Below are positions 1 to 10,484 of a stretch of 64,000 nt of DNA, piece by piece; within the stretch, counting starts at the first letter, position 1; each line of letters begins with the position of its first letter. The notes beneath the pieces were generated by a model. It saw only the letters and a program-made list of their open reading frames with translations, did no database searches and had not been told where the DNA came from. The position numbers were made by a program, and so were the translations under genes. Where the stretch lies: positions 1-64,000 of IMG/VR virus record IMGVR_UViG_3300021512_000005. One strand, given 5' to 3'. The DNA is from a virus.

Positions 1-2111
1 TAAAAGGAAAAAAATTAAAAAAAATAGAAGTATTTAATCCGTATGATATTAATGACCTAAAAAGACAATATGATCAAACTTGGGAAGCTGATATATCATA
101 TCCACACAAATATATATTGGATAATATAGAAGTTCCAATGAAAAAAGGATGGAATAGAATTTTATATTGGGATATTGAAACAAATACCTCTAAAAACGAT
201 TCATTTCCTGATCCAACCAAAGCACCACATGAAATCATTGAAATAGGTTGCTATGATAATCTAAAAAAAGAATATCATCATTTTACAACAGAACATCAAA
301 CTGAATATGAAATGTTAAAACAATTCATTAATTATGTAAGAGAATGTAATTTTGATATTTGGTGTGCATGGAATTCAAATTTTGATGAAACAACTTTGTA
401 TTTTAGATTAATGAAAAATAATATTAATCCTAATCATTTATCACCTCTAAATTATACTTCTTATAATAAAAATTATGGAGTGAAAATAAAAGGAATAGCA
501 TTAATAGATTTATTAGAATTTTATAAAAATCTTCATTTTTCACAATTAGAATCTTTTTCGTTAAACTCAGTAGCATCTTATGAACTTAATAAAGAAAAAA
601 TTCATACAGAACTTCCCGGTGATCTTTTAAAGCAGAATCGTTGGGAAGATCTAATCAAATATTGTGAACGAGATGTTCAGTTAATGGTCGAATTAGATAA
701 TAAAATGAATTTAATTGATTTTTATTATAATCTTCATCTTTTAGCAGGAACATCTTCAATTGAAAAAACAGGTTTTAGTAAAATTCACGATCTTTTATTA
801 CTTCGTAAAGCACATAAAAAAGGAATAAGACTTCCATCAAAGAGTTCAGTTGAATCTGAACAGATAAAAGGTGGTCATGTAGTCCCTCCTATTCCTGGTC
901 TTCATCAAAATGTGGGGACTTTCGATATTGCAGCAATGTATATATCGATTATTCGAACATTAAATTTAGGATTTGAAAATATTACAACTTTTCCTACAAA
1001 TAATTCTATAAAAATAAAAACAGATGATAATTTGGAATTATATATAGATCAAAGTAAAAAAACTTTGTGGGTTGAAGTAATTGAAGATTTGGTAAAGGAA
1101 CGTGCTAAATATAAAAAATTAATGCATAATGAAGAAGTTGATTCAGAAAAGTATAAAATATTTGAAATAAAACAAAAAATGTATAAACATCTTCTTGCCA
1201 GTATTTATGGAGTTTCAAATTTTGCATCTTTTAGAAATTATAATTATCAATTTTCAAAAATAATTACATTTTTCGGTCGTGAAATGAATTTTTATATGCA
1301 AAAGTTTGCTAAAAATCAAGGATATGAAGTAATTGCTGGTGATACAGATTCAATTCATATTAAAGAAATTAAATCTATAGATGAAGGTAAATTATTCGAA
1401 GAAAAAATGAATAATTCGTGGGATAAATTTTTAAAATCTTTAAATCTTAATAGTCTTTCACCACAATATCTTAAAGTTGAATTTGAAAATTTATATGATA
1501 GATTTTTTATTACTGAAGCAAAAAAAAGATATGTAAATCATTATATATGGAAAGATGGATCAGAAGCTGATGGAATTAATATAAAAGGATTTGGATTAAA
1601 AAGAAGTGATATATCAAAATTTTCAAAAAAATTTCAAGAAAATATATTTAATATAATTTTAAAAGATCCAATTCCTGAAATAAATAAAAATCTTGCAAAA
1701 TTATATAGAAAATCAAAAGGAGATATTATTACTGTTCCATTAATTGAAATAGGAATTCCAAAAGGATTTTCTAAAGATCCGAGAGATTATAAAGTTCAAA
1801 ATCTTAATACAAAAGCAGTAATTTATTCTCAAGAACATTTAGGTCTTGCAGATATTCGTTCCACAAAACCATTAATTTATAGTATAAAAAGAATGCGTAA
1901 AGGATCTAAATTACCATTTACAGAGTCTGTAGCAATTGATCCCGAATCTGAAGATCAGTTAAAATTATTAGAAGAAAATTTTATAATTGATTATAAAAAA
2001 ATGATACCGAAACTTATTGATCGTCAAATTGAAGAAATATTAAAATCATTAGGTACTTCACTTGAAGATGCTAATACACGAACAAAACAAAAATCATTAT
2101 TTGATTTTTAG
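1..2111 (+). CDS. polB: Family B DNA polymerase (5'-truncated by the window edge)
   Basis: ExoI DIET, ExoII WNSNFD, ExoIII YCERD, motif A FDIAAMY, motif B KxxxxSIYG, motif C GDTDS, C-terminal PIP-box QKSLFDF. The frame stays open back to base 3 (…WEADISYPHKYILD, an archaeal PolB N-domain motif), so the TTG at 117 is not the true start. Confidence 0.95.
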   Translation, partial: KGKKLKKIEVFNPYDINDLKRQYDQTWEADISYPHKYILDNIEVPMKKGWNRILYWDIETNTSKNDSFPDPTKAPHEIIEIGCYDNLKKEYHHFTTEHQTEYEMLKQFINYVRECNFDIWCAWNSNFDETTLYFRLMKNNINPNHLSPLNYTSYNKNYGVKIKGIALIDLLEFYKNLHFSQLESFSLNSVASYELNKEKIHTELPGDLLKQNRWEDLIKYCERDVQLMVELDNKMNLIDFYYNLHLLAGTSSIEKTGFSKIHDLLLLRKAHKKGIRLPSKSSVESEQIKGGHVVPPIPGLHQNVGTFDIAAMYISIIRTLNLGFENITTFPTNNSIKIKTDDNLELYIDQSKKTLWVEVIEDLVKERAKYKKLMHNEEVDSEKYKIFEIKQKMYKHLLASIYGVSNFASFRNYNYQFSKIITFFGREMNFYMQKFAKNQGYEVIAGDTDSIHIKEIKSIDEGKLFEEKMNNSWDKFLKSLNLNSLSPQYLKVEFENLYDRFFITEAKKRYVNHYIWKDGSEADGINIKGFGLKRSDISKFSKKFQENIFNIILKDPIPEINKNLAKLYRKSKGDIITVPLIEIGIPKGFSKDPRDYKVQNLNTKAVIYSQEHLGLADIRSTKPLIYSIKRMRKGSKLPFTESVAIDPESEDQLKLLEENFIIDYKKMIPKLIDRQIEEILKSLGTSLEDANTRTKQKSLFDF

Positions 2112-2120
2112 GAGGTTTAA

Positions 2121-2642
2121 ATGAATATGATAAATATATTACAAAAAATATTATGTAATAATCAATATTACATTAATCGAATAAGAACTCTTACTGCTAA
2201 ATTAGCACAATCTATAACACCAATTGAAATAAAACAAAAAATTGAAACAGAAATAAATCCATGGAATATTATTAAAGGTTATAATTTAGAAGTGGCAGAT
2301 GAAAAATATTATACATTTAATATATATGATTGGAAAAATATTATATTAATTTTACATAATAATTTAAAAGAAAAATATAAATATCAACCAGAAATATTTG
2401 ATTGTGATGATATTGCACTTTTATATTCTTCTGTTTTATCATATAGTGCATATCATAAATCTGGTTTGAAACATCAACCTGCAATGGCAATAGCATGGTC
2501 AAATTTACATGCTTTTAATTTAATAATTGATAATAAAAATAATATTTGGATTGTTGAACCACAAAATGGAACAATAGTTGGAAAAATAAATGATAAACAT
2601 GATAAAATGTATGATGTTAAAAAAATATGGTTTATGGGGTAA
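2121..2642 (+). CDS. Papain/transglutaminase-like cysteine protease (agglutinin C-terminal-like)
   Basis: FDCDD…HAFN…EPQ Cys-His-Glu pattern; GGAGG RBS upstream. Confidence 0.65.
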   Translation: MNMINILQKILCNNQYYINRIRTLTAKLAQSITPIEIKQKIETEINPWNIIKGYNLEVADEKYYTFNIYDWKNIILILHNNLKEKYKYQPEIFDCDDIALLYSSVLSYSAYHKSGLKHQPAMAIAWSNLHAFNLIIDNKNNIWIVEPQNGTIVGKINDKHDKMYDVKKIWFMG

Positions 2643-2654
2643 AGAGGTATAAAA

Positions 2655-2822
2655 ATGTTTGAAGAACGACAAAAAGAACTCGAAGAGATGGCGAAAGGAA
2701 TTATTGTAGATATACACATGTTAAAAATTCAAAAAGATTCAATAATAAAAATGTTAGAAACAAAAGAAGAACAATTAAAAAATATTGGAGTTATATTACA
2801 GGAATTAAAAAATATAGAATAA
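2655..2822 (+). CDS. 55-aa coiled-coil protein (not in ORF track)
   Basis: GAGGT RBS, then MFEERQKELEEMAKG…ELKNIE*; its stop abuts the convergent late operon. Confidence 0.6.
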   Translation: MFEERQKELEEMAKGIIVDIHMLKIQKDSIIKMLETKEEQLKNIGVILQELKNIE

Positions 2823-3452
2823 TTAATTATTAACATATATTAAAGATCCGGTTGCAATTCGTCCAGCTTTACGACCATTTTTTGTAACCGGATCTTGAGC
2901 ATAAATTGAATCAACATAATTTGGTGAATTTACAGTATTATTGTTTATTTTTGGATTTGAATGTCCATTATTTGCAATATAAGATCCTGAAAATGTATCA
3001 GCATAAGATAATATTTTTTCATAAGATTCTCCTTCACTTTCAAGAAATAATATTTCACTATAAAAATCATAATTTACATTTATTCCATCTTCATAAGCAT
3101 TTTTATAAGTACTTCTTGTATCTCTTAATATTTGAAATGTTCCATACAAATCACCATCCCAAACAGTAATTAACCATAAATAAGTTCCTGCTGATAATGG
3201 TTTCCAAAATAAAAATACCCACATATTATCACTTTCTATTTCTTCACTTGCTATAGTTGCAAAATCATATACTAATGGACCATTTGATAAGGTTGTAGTA
3301 TAATTAGTATCCCATTCATATAATTTTATACTTATTTTTGTTGGAATTGAACCTTTACCACCACCAGAAAGAGGATTGTCTTGTTTAACACAAATACGAC
3401 ATCCACCTGATATTTGAGTCGTTGTAAATTTTTGTCCAAACACAATTATCAT
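2823..3452 (-). CDS. Putative tail-tip/beta-sandwich virion protein
   Basis: Last gene of the tail operon; GAGGT RBS; beta-rich composition. Confidence 0.5.
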   Translation of the reverse strand: MIIVFGQKFTTTQISGGCRICVKQDNPLSGGGKGSIPTKISIKLYEWDTNYTTTLSNGPLVYDFATIASEEIESDNMWVFLFWKPLSAGTYLWLITVWDGDLYGTFQILRDTRSTYKNAYEDGINVNYDFYSEILFLESEGESYEKILSYADTFSGSYIANNGHSNPKINNNTVNSPNYVDSIYAQDPVTKNGRKAGRIATGSLIYVNN

Positions 3453-3461
3453 ATTTTTACC

Positions 3462-4856
3462 TCATTCCTCTTCTTCTTCCCATTCTTCAGCATCTCCCAT
3501 ATCACCACCATAATTAAATCCACCTGATCCATATCCTGTGCTACTATCATAAGTTCCTGTTGATGTTGTTGATTGAGATGCCCCTGTACCCCATTTATGA
3601 GTTTTAATTTTTATTATTGAAGTTGCAACATTGTATGGTTTTATTAAATTACCATCACCAGTAACTGGATCATCAGGAATAATCACAGATTGATTATCTA
3701 CTGCAAGTGTATTTAAATGTGCGAATTCACCAGTTGGATATCCAGTCATTCGTGTAAGACAATTTGAATCTGTAAAATTTCTTGTTTCAACAGTTAAAGG
3801 ATGTTTACTACTTTGACTTACGCCTGAACATGATGCAACATTAAAATTATTTTTTGTTGCTCTAATACTAAATGAACCTTTTGTATGTAATGGTAATGCA
3901 TATTTACCATCTATTGATGTTTTACATCCATATTTATTATTATATACATTTGTAGCCCATACATTTGCATTTTCGACTGGATTATTATCTTCATCTTTTA
4001 CAATTCCTTCTACTGATGCTTGAAGATAATCATCACCTGTAAAATCAAAAGGTCCATTAATATCTTTATCTACTACATCATCACGAGTTCTTGTTTGTTT
4101 AACATAACCACTATGATAAATTTTTAAATTAACAGTTCCTTCCATACCATCTACATACATAGAATCACTTCGTTCAAGATATTTTTGTTGATATGCCGCA
4201 GTAATATATATATCATCTCCAAGATCATGAACATACGAGGAAGCTTTCATTCCAAATAAACTATCAATTTCATCACCAGCATAATTTTGAATATGTTGCC
4301 AATATATTTTTGTGTGTTGAAGATTTATTACTGAAAAATATTCTGTTGATGAACTAAGAAAACTACCATTATTATAAAATTTTACTGATACAGAAAAATC
4401 AGAACCTTCTTCAGTTATTTCTTCTTGACCATAATAATAATTACCTCCAAACCAACACCAGCAAGGAGTCCAACCAATAAATGAATAACCATGATAATAA
4501 TCATAAGTATCATACCATGTAAAATTAAGAGTAGTAAAATATATTATTTTTGAACCTTTTTTCCATGTTATATGGATAGAACAAGGATCACCATCATGAG
4601 TATCAGTTCCACCATAAGCACGAAAATATAATAGAGGAATTTCATGTTGAGATGATAATGAATTTACATTAAATTCAGTTGTTGGTAAATGTATACTACA
4701 ATTATTACAATTTTCAAGTAACCAAAATAAATGTGATTCAAATGCATGACCAAATGGTTTACCAAATACCATAACAGGATTTTCTGGTGCTGTTCCTTCA
4801 CAACTACCTCCAAATAATCCTTTTCCAATATCAGTAGTAATATAAGCAAGTCCCAT
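3462..4856 (-). CDS. Putative tail adhesin with a carboxypeptidase-regulatory-like (transthyretin-fold) domain
   Basis: VEGIVKDEDNNPVENANVWA…TSIDGKYAL…GSFSIRATKNNF pattern; tail-tip position. Confidence 0.55.
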   Translation of the reverse strand: MGLAYITTDIGKGLFGGSCEGTAPENPVMVFGKPFGHAFESHLFWLLENCNNCSIHLPTTEFNVNSLSSQHEIPLLYFRAYGGTDTHDGDPCSIHITWKKGSKIIYFTTLNFTWYDTYDYYHGYSFIGWTPCWCWFGGNYYYGQEEITEEGSDFSVSVKFYNNGSFLSSSTEYFSVINLQHTKIYWQHIQNYAGDEIDSLFGMKASSYVHDLGDDIYITAAYQQKYLERSDSMYVDGMEGTVNLKIYHSGYVKQTRTRDDVVDKDINGPFDFTGDDYLQASVEGIVKDEDNNPVENANVWATNVYNNKYGCKTSIDGKYALPLHTKGSFSIRATKNNFNVASCSGVSQSSKHPLTVETRNFTDSNCLTRMTGYPTGEFAHLNTLAVDNQSVIIPDDPVTGDGNLIKPYNVATSIIKIKTHKWGTGASQSTTSTGTYDSSTGYGSGGFNYGGDMGDAEEWEEEEE

Positions 4857-4862
4857 TTAAAA

Positions 4863-7523
4863 TCACCCTAAATATAATATATGTCCATCATCAGGTTTTA
4901 TTGTTAAATCATGACCACTACGACCTTGAATAATATCATATCCTTTTGGTTGTAATGTTGAACCAATACCTTCCCATAATCCAATATCACTTAATGATAT
5001 ACCATCAGAATTATTTGCATCCATAAACATTAAATCATTTCCATTTTGCCAAATTTTACAGGTATCATCACCAGAAAAATCAAGACTAAGTGAAAATGTA
5101 GAATCACCACTTATTTCTTTAATAGATGTAATATTATGATTATACATTACAATATTTCCATAAGTATGTATAGTCATAAGAGAATCATTATAAGATACAA
5201 GTTTCATTATATCTTCACCACCAGGACTTTTAAAATAAATAGATCCCCATGGTCCAGCTTCATTTGCATAAATATTTGTTACACCATTAATATTATATCC
5301 ATGTATATTTAAATTAGTTCCAAAATCTATCATTGTTGGATTATTATTAGTAAATGTAATACTAAAACCTAAAACACCAATACTACTTAAAATTGAAAAA
5401 TCACGAGTTGTAGAAGTAGAATCAATTGCATAAATATTAAAAACATCTTTAATATTATAATTTTTTAAAGAAACATCTTTAGGAGTAAAAAGTTGAACAT
5501 AAGATCCAATATCTTCCCATAACCCTGCTTCTGTTATTAAATCTGATAATGATACTTCTTCATTATTTGGATCTTTAAACATTAAATTATTATTAGTGCT
5601 ATTTTGATAAATATATGCAGTTGAAGAAAGATCAAAATTAAATTGTGAACCTTTATTTATTTTTATATTTCCTTCATCATTTATTACAAATAATAATATA
5701 TTATCTTGAGTTTTTAATTCTAATCTTGTATTATTAGCATTATAATAAATATAATCTCCAGTAGAACCTTCACCAGTATATGGAACTAAAAAATTTATTT
5801 TTGGAGATGCTTCACTATTATTATTATAAAGATCAATTCCCCCACAATTTAAAATTTCATAAGAATATGATGATGAACTACTTTGCATATTAATAGAATC
5901 AGGATTTTTAAGTTGTGCTATATTACCATCAGATTCCCATAATGATTCATCACCATAACCAGCTGATGATGCACCTACGATTGGTCGACAATCACGATAA
6001 ATAAATGAACAGTCAGTATCAGAATATTCTTTATCATAAAGTGGATAAACTTGGTCACTACCTTTTCCTTTTAGAATTACCTCACAAATTGGAGTAAATC
6101 CGGAATCGACAGGTACATTTTCATTTTTTGCATTATTTATATCTCCATATTCACTACCAACATGATACCAAACTGTTAAATCTTCATCTTTTATTTCAAT
6201 TAATGCTTTTTTATAATTTCCATTTCCGGGGTTATGACTTCCAGGCGGTAATATTCTACTACCAGATCCTGTCCAAAATGTACAAATTCCATTTCCTGCG
6301 GTTTGTAATGTTCCAGTAGAATCATAAAAATTTCCACCATCAATTCGAATAAAATCATCAGGGGGATCATTTGCTGTTACTTTTAATGAACCACCAAATG
6401 TGGTCATTTCAAGTTCACTATCAACATCCTTTTTTGTAAGATCTTGAATAATTTTTTCATAATTATTAAACATAGATCCTACTTCAATTTGCATTGAATC
6501 TCCAATTTTTGAATCATATATTTTTGTAATTTTTTTAATACGTTTTATTGTATCAATATTACTATATGAATCAATAATTTGTACCCAATCACCATATTTA
6601 AGATTACTTATATAAAAAATTAAATCAATATAAAGTTGTTCTACTAATTCTTTTTTATCATTAATTATTGCATTACCAACTTTAGTTGCAGTATCTTTAT
6701 CTACAATTAAATTTGAAATATAAGGTTGCCCTTCAATATAACCATAATTTAAAATTGAATCAGAATCTTCACACCAAACAGATATTCGATCTTTTCCAGT
6801 TCCTTTTCCAATCACACGTAAACAATTTATCATATCACTTTGTGTGCGATATTTTACAACTGGCATTTCTTTAAAATGTATTCCAGCATAAAGTTTTTTA
6901 TGAGGATTTTCAGAATCACCATTTCCTTTTATTCCAATATGAATATTTTTATTTTCTACATTATCTCCATTCCATGTTGCATCAGACCAAATATCCTTTG
7001 CATACATATTGCACATATCACAAATAATATCATATACTTTTTTACCATGAAGTTTTAATGTACCATTATATTCTATATCATTATTACTTTCATCTTTAAA
7101 AATTATATCATTATAATTAAGTTCTGAATCTTTTGTATAACAATAATTTTCTATAAGATCTTCAATAATATCTTTTGCATAATCATTTGTATATTCAGCT
7201 TTTGTATTACCGGTAGATTTATCAGTTTCAGAAGATGTTGAATAACCCAAAAGAATAAGGAATGATCGTCCAGTATATTTTACATAATTTGGTCCTTTTT
7301 CAATATCTTCAATATATCCTTCTAATAATATTTCAGAACCACGTTTAATTTGGATAATAGCATTATCAATTCGGCCTTTTGCTTGGTTACGATCTTCATT
7401 AGTTGGGTTTTGTATAGTTATTGAAAAACTTGAATGAGCCCATTCTTCTGTAACTGTAATATTGCTAATTCTTTTTAAAGTACGAATATTACTTCCTTGA
7501 CCAACTTTAACTGTCCAACTCAA
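4863..7523 (-). CDS. Tail hub/Tal-like protein with C-terminal fibre repeats
   Basis: N-terminal ~360 aa resembles siphovirus hub proteins (GRSFL…INCLRVIGKG…YG); C-terminal repeats GLWE/LMFxDxN; follows TMP and Dit. Confidence 0.7.
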   Translation of the reverse strand: MSWTVKVGQGSNIRTLKRISNITVTEEWAHSSFSITIQNPTNEDRNQAKGRIDNAIIQIKRGSEILLEGYIEDIEKGPNYVKYTGRSFLILLGYSTSSETDKSTGNTKAEYTNDYAKDIIEDLIENYCYTKDSELNYNDIIFKDESNNDIEYNGTLKLHGKKVYDIICDMCNMYAKDIWSDATWNGDNVENKNIHIGIKGNGDSENPHKKLYAGIHFKEMPVVKYRTQSDMINCLRVIGKGTGKDRISVWCEDSDSILNYGYIEGQPYISNLIVDKDTATKVGNAIINDKKELVEQLYIDLIFYISNLKYGDWVQIIDSYSNIDTIKRIKKITKIYDSKIGDSMQIEVGSMFNNYEKIIQDLTKKDVDSELEMTTFGGSLKVTANDPPDDFIRIDGGNFYDSTGTLQTAGNGICTFWTGSGSRILPPGSHNPGNGNYKKALIEIKDEDLTVWYHVGSEYGDINNAKNENVPVDSGFTPICEVILKGKGSDQVYPLYDKEYSDTDCSFIYRDCRPIVGASSAGYGDESLWESDGNIAQLKNPDSINMQSSSSSYSYEILNCGGIDLYNNNSEASPKINFLVPYTGEGSTGDYIYYNANNTRLELKTQDNILLFVINDEGNIKINKGSQFNFDLSSTAYIYQNSTNNNLMFKDPNNEEVSLSDLITEAGLWEDIGSYVQLFTPKDVSLKNYNIKDVFNIYAIDSTSTTRDFSILSSIGVLGFSITFTNNNPTMIDFGTNLNIHGYNINGVTNIYANEAGPWGSIYFKSPGGEDIMKLVSYNDSLMTIHTYGNIVMYNHNITSIKEISGDSTFSLSLDFSGDDTCKIWQNGNDLMFMDANNSDGISLSDIGLWEGIGSTLQPKGYDIIQGRSGHDLTIKPDDGHILYLG

Positions 7524-8399
7524 TTAAATCCCTCTATGTGTTGTTTTCCAATATGACACGAAATGAATCATAACTTCCCAAAAATTATCAGATCTTTTTG
7601 CATCTTTTACAATTTTCCAATCAGAAACTCCTACCAAATATTGATTTCGTATATCATTTGATCCTGTTTCAAGAATCATTGGTGCTGCTCCATAGTCTAT
7701 ATCACCCAACTCATAAGAATAAATATAATCAAATCCTTTATAAGTTAATGTATGTGAAAGCATTACTTGTAGTCTATCAATTTCTTTTTCAGATGTAAAA
7801 TATGCCATTATAACAAAATCATCAGTATCATATCCTTGTGGTATTAATAAACCTTTATCGTAAATTGGAAATCTTAATGATTTACCTAAATTAACAATTC
7901 GTTTAAAATCCCGTCGAATTGGATTTCGATGTGAAGGAAATGTATATGTTGATGCACCTGTTAAAACTTCAAAATAATCACCATCTGCAATTTCTTCATC
8001 TGTAATATCACCATCAAAAATTAATTTATTTGATCCTTCACTATATATTGTATCTTTAACTTTAAATGCTTTATTTTCTGTATTTTTTTCATATCCTGCT
8101 GCTTTACCAGACAAAAATCGAATAAATCCTTTATTAAATTCATTATCTGCAAAGTTTGTATTTCCGGGTGGATCAGCATCATCTTTTGATGGATATACAT
8201 GAAGATTTATACAATTAATTGTTGTTGTACTTCCATTATAGGTTGGATTTCCATTAACTTGACCAACTGCTCTACACATTTTAGTATCAGATAATGTTAT
8301 AGGCATGACTCCGTATGAATTATATAAATTTCTACCATTATCTTCTGTCATATCATCATCATCAAGTCCTGCAGGATATCCTAATTTCCAATTACCCAT
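7524..8399 (-). CDS. Putative distal tail (Dit-like) protein
   Basis: Synteny only: between tape measure and hub. Confidence 0.5.
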   Translation of the reverse strand: MGNWKLGYPAGLDDDDMTEDNGRNLYNSYGVMPITLSDTKMCRAVGQVNGNPTYNGSTTTINCINLHVYPSKDDADPPGNTNFADNEFNKGFIRFLSGKAAGYEKNTENKAFKVKDTIYSEGSNKLIFDGDITDEEIADGDYFEVLTGASTYTFPSHRNPIRRDFKRIVNLGKSLRFPIYDKGLLIPQGYDTDDFVIMAYFTSEKEIDRLQVMLSHTLTYKGFDYIYSYELGDIDYGAAPMILETGSNDIRNQYLVGVSDWKIVKDAKRSDNFWEVMIHFVSYWKTTHRGI

Positions 8400-8408
8400 A
8401 TTTTTACC

Positions 8409-9407
8409 TCAATAAATTCGTGATGTTTGATTTTCTGCAATTTTTCTACTAATTATATTAGCAAATTCATCTATTTCAATACCATTAGCAAGATTAATAT
8501 TAGCATTTGAAAAATCAACAGTAACATTTGAAGTACTATTTATATTATTAGATGGTATATTTGATGGCATAGTAACATAACCTTTTTTTCTATTCCATTC
8601 TTCATAATCAAAATCGGGTCTAAAAAGTTTTACCATAAGATCATCATTATGATGTGTAAAAAGTCTTTTTTCAATTCCAAATGATGCTTCTGATAAATTT
8701 TTTTTAATTCCATTATTTGAAAAACTACTTATCCAATTTTTAAAATCTTTCCAATTTTGTCCAAATCCTATAGTAAATGCTGCATCACCGATACTCTTTA
8801 ATACATCAATAATTATACCTTTATTATCAATTAACCATTTAAATGGTTCTGTAATTGTAACTCCAATAACATTCCAAATTCCACCTGCTTCAAATGCTTT
8901 CTTACAATCATCTACAAAATTTTCAAAATCAGTTTTAACCTTTTCTGCTTTTTCTTTACCTATTAGTGGTTCTAAAATAACTTTAATTGTTTTACCAGTA
9001 AATTCTTGAATACTTTTTTGTAAATCACTAATACCTTTTTTTACTGTTGACCAATCACCAGTACGAATACCACGAATAATTTCTGCAACAGCATCAAGTG
9101 ATGGTTTTAAATGTTTTCCAATTGACCATGCCAATTGTGTTAATTCATTTTTAATTTTTGCTAATGAACCAGCAAGTTGTGGTGTTTGCATAAGAAGTGC
9201 AGAAAAACCACCAACACCAATCATTGCCAATGCTTTTCTTAAAAGGTGTGTTTGATTTGTCATACGTTTCATTTCAGTAGTTGTTGATTTACTGGTCATT
9301 TGGGTTTTCTTTAATTTATTTACAGTTGAACCAAGACCCGCAAGTAAACCAGCTGCTTTGAAAACTCCTTTTATAGCAATTGATCCAACCATTGAAACAG
9401 CACTCAT
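8409..9407 (-). CDS. Short tape measure protein
   Basis: Ala/Gly/Leu-rich amphipathic helices, GDWSTVKKG motif, C-terminal NVTVDFSNANI…; directly follows the chaperone frameshift ORF. Confidence 0.75.
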   Translation of the reverse strand: MSAVSMVGSIAIKGVFKAAGLLAGLGSTVNKLKKTQMTSKSTTTEMKRMTNQTHLLRKALAMIGVGGFSALLMQTPQLAGSLAKIKNELTQLAWSIGKHLKPSLDAVAEIIRGIRTGDWSTVKKGISDLQKSIQEFTGKTIKVILEPLIGKEKAEKVKTDFENFVDDCKKAFEAGGIWNVIGVTITEPFKWLIDNKGIIIDVLKSIGDAAFTIGFGQNWKDFKNWISSFSNNGIKKNLSEASFGIEKRLFTHHNDDLMVKLFRPDFDYEEWNRKKGYVTMPSNIPSNNINSTSNVTVDFSNANINLANGIEIDEFANIISRKIAENQTSRIY

Positions 9408-9598
9408 TATATTACCTCGTTATTTCTTTTTTTCATTTCTTCTTTTGCATCTAATAATGTTATTATTGCTTCAATATCTCGTCGTGATTCATTATCAATT
9501 TGGCTTGGAAGACATTTTAAATAAATTGCAAGATTTATTCGGTTCCATAATGATTTAATATCTGGTGAAACATATTCTGTAAATACTGCTTCTCTTAT
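9407..9598 (-). CDS. Tail assembly chaperone -1 frameshift extension (gpT-like)
   Basis: Open -1 frame IREAVFTEY…CLPSQIDNE…NNEVI* after slippery G GGG AAA; no early ATG; its TAA overlaps the TMP ATG. Confidence 0.8.
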   Translation of the reverse strand: MREAVFTEYVSPDIKSLWNRINLAIYLKCLPSQIDNESRRDIEAIITLLDAKEEMKKRNNEVI

Positions 9599-9975
9599 TT
9601 CCCCTTCTCGTCCCCCGTAAGTTCTGATGTCATTGCTAAATGAGAATTTATTTTATCTCTTAGTTTTGGATCCATTAATCGAATAGCAATCCTTTTTTCT
9701 TCATAAGTGGCATCTTGCCAATTTTTAAATTTATCCATTTCTTCTGATATTGGAATTTCAAATGGAAGATCAATAATAAATCTTATTAATCTTTCTTCAA
9801 TTAGTTCTGGTGCTTTTATATTTACTGAATCATCAGGGCTTAATTCAGTAAATTCATCCATTAAAAGATCATGATCATAATTTGTTGGGATTTTTAAAGT
9901 AATTAAAAGTTCATTTTCTTCAAAATCAATAGTTACTTTTTTTTCACCTCTTTTAATAAAAAATTTTTTACTCAT
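9595..9975 (-). CDS. Tail assembly chaperone (gpG-like)
   Basis: Acidic 126-aa protein upstream of TMP, ending AAG GGG AAA TAA. Confidence 0.8.
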   Translation of the reverse strand: MSKKFFIKRGEKKVTIDFEENELLITLKIPTNYDHDLLMDEFTELSPDDSVNIKAPELIEERLIRFIIDLPFEIPISEEMDKFKNWQDATYEEKRIAIRLMDPKLRDKINSHLAMTSELTGDEKGK

Positions 9976-10484
9976 AATAGTTCCTCCATATTTTCTTTAA
10001 ATATATTTTTTGATTCACCTTTTATATATAATAATGATTTCATAAATGGTTTTAATTCTTTAGCTTTAACATTTATTCCACCTTTCATTAACATTTCTTC
10101 TTCTGTTAATCCTAATACTCTTTTTCCCCAATTTGCCAAAATTGGTTGTGATATATCATATATTGCATTTCCATTTTCATCTTTACCAAGATATTTATAA
10201 AATGGAACAAAATGTCTAATAGTTCCAAATTCATGATAAATTCCATAATTTACTCCATCTTGACCAATAAACCCAATTTCATCATTTTCTTCAAACATAT
10301 CATAATGAATTGAATTAAGAAATTCACCGGTATCAATAGCATTATCACTTATAATTTCTTTTGCATGTTTTTCCCATTCAATTGCAAGGGATTCCATACT
10401 TTTATAAATAATATTTTTAATTTGATCTGGAGTTTGATATTTAAGTTTATTAAAAAGATCTGACATATCAATAGAAATTTCCAT
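9972..10484 (-). CDS. HK97 gp10-like neck/tail completion protein
   Basis: IDTGEFLNSI…NYGIYHEFGT…KPFMK motifs. Confidence 0.8.
   Translation of the reverse strand: MEISIDMSDLFNKLKYQTPDQIKNIIYKSMESLAIEWEKHAKEIISDNAIDTGEFLNSIHYDMFEENDEIGFIGQDGVNYGIYHEFGTIRHFVPFYKYLGKDENGNAIYDISQPILANWGKRVLGLTEEEMLMKGGINVKAKELKPFMKSLLYIKGESKNIFKENMEELL

Noticed and set aside
117-119. TTG start of PolB given in the ORF track
   Set aside because: The frame is open to the window edge and encodes a conserved PolB N-domain motif upstream.
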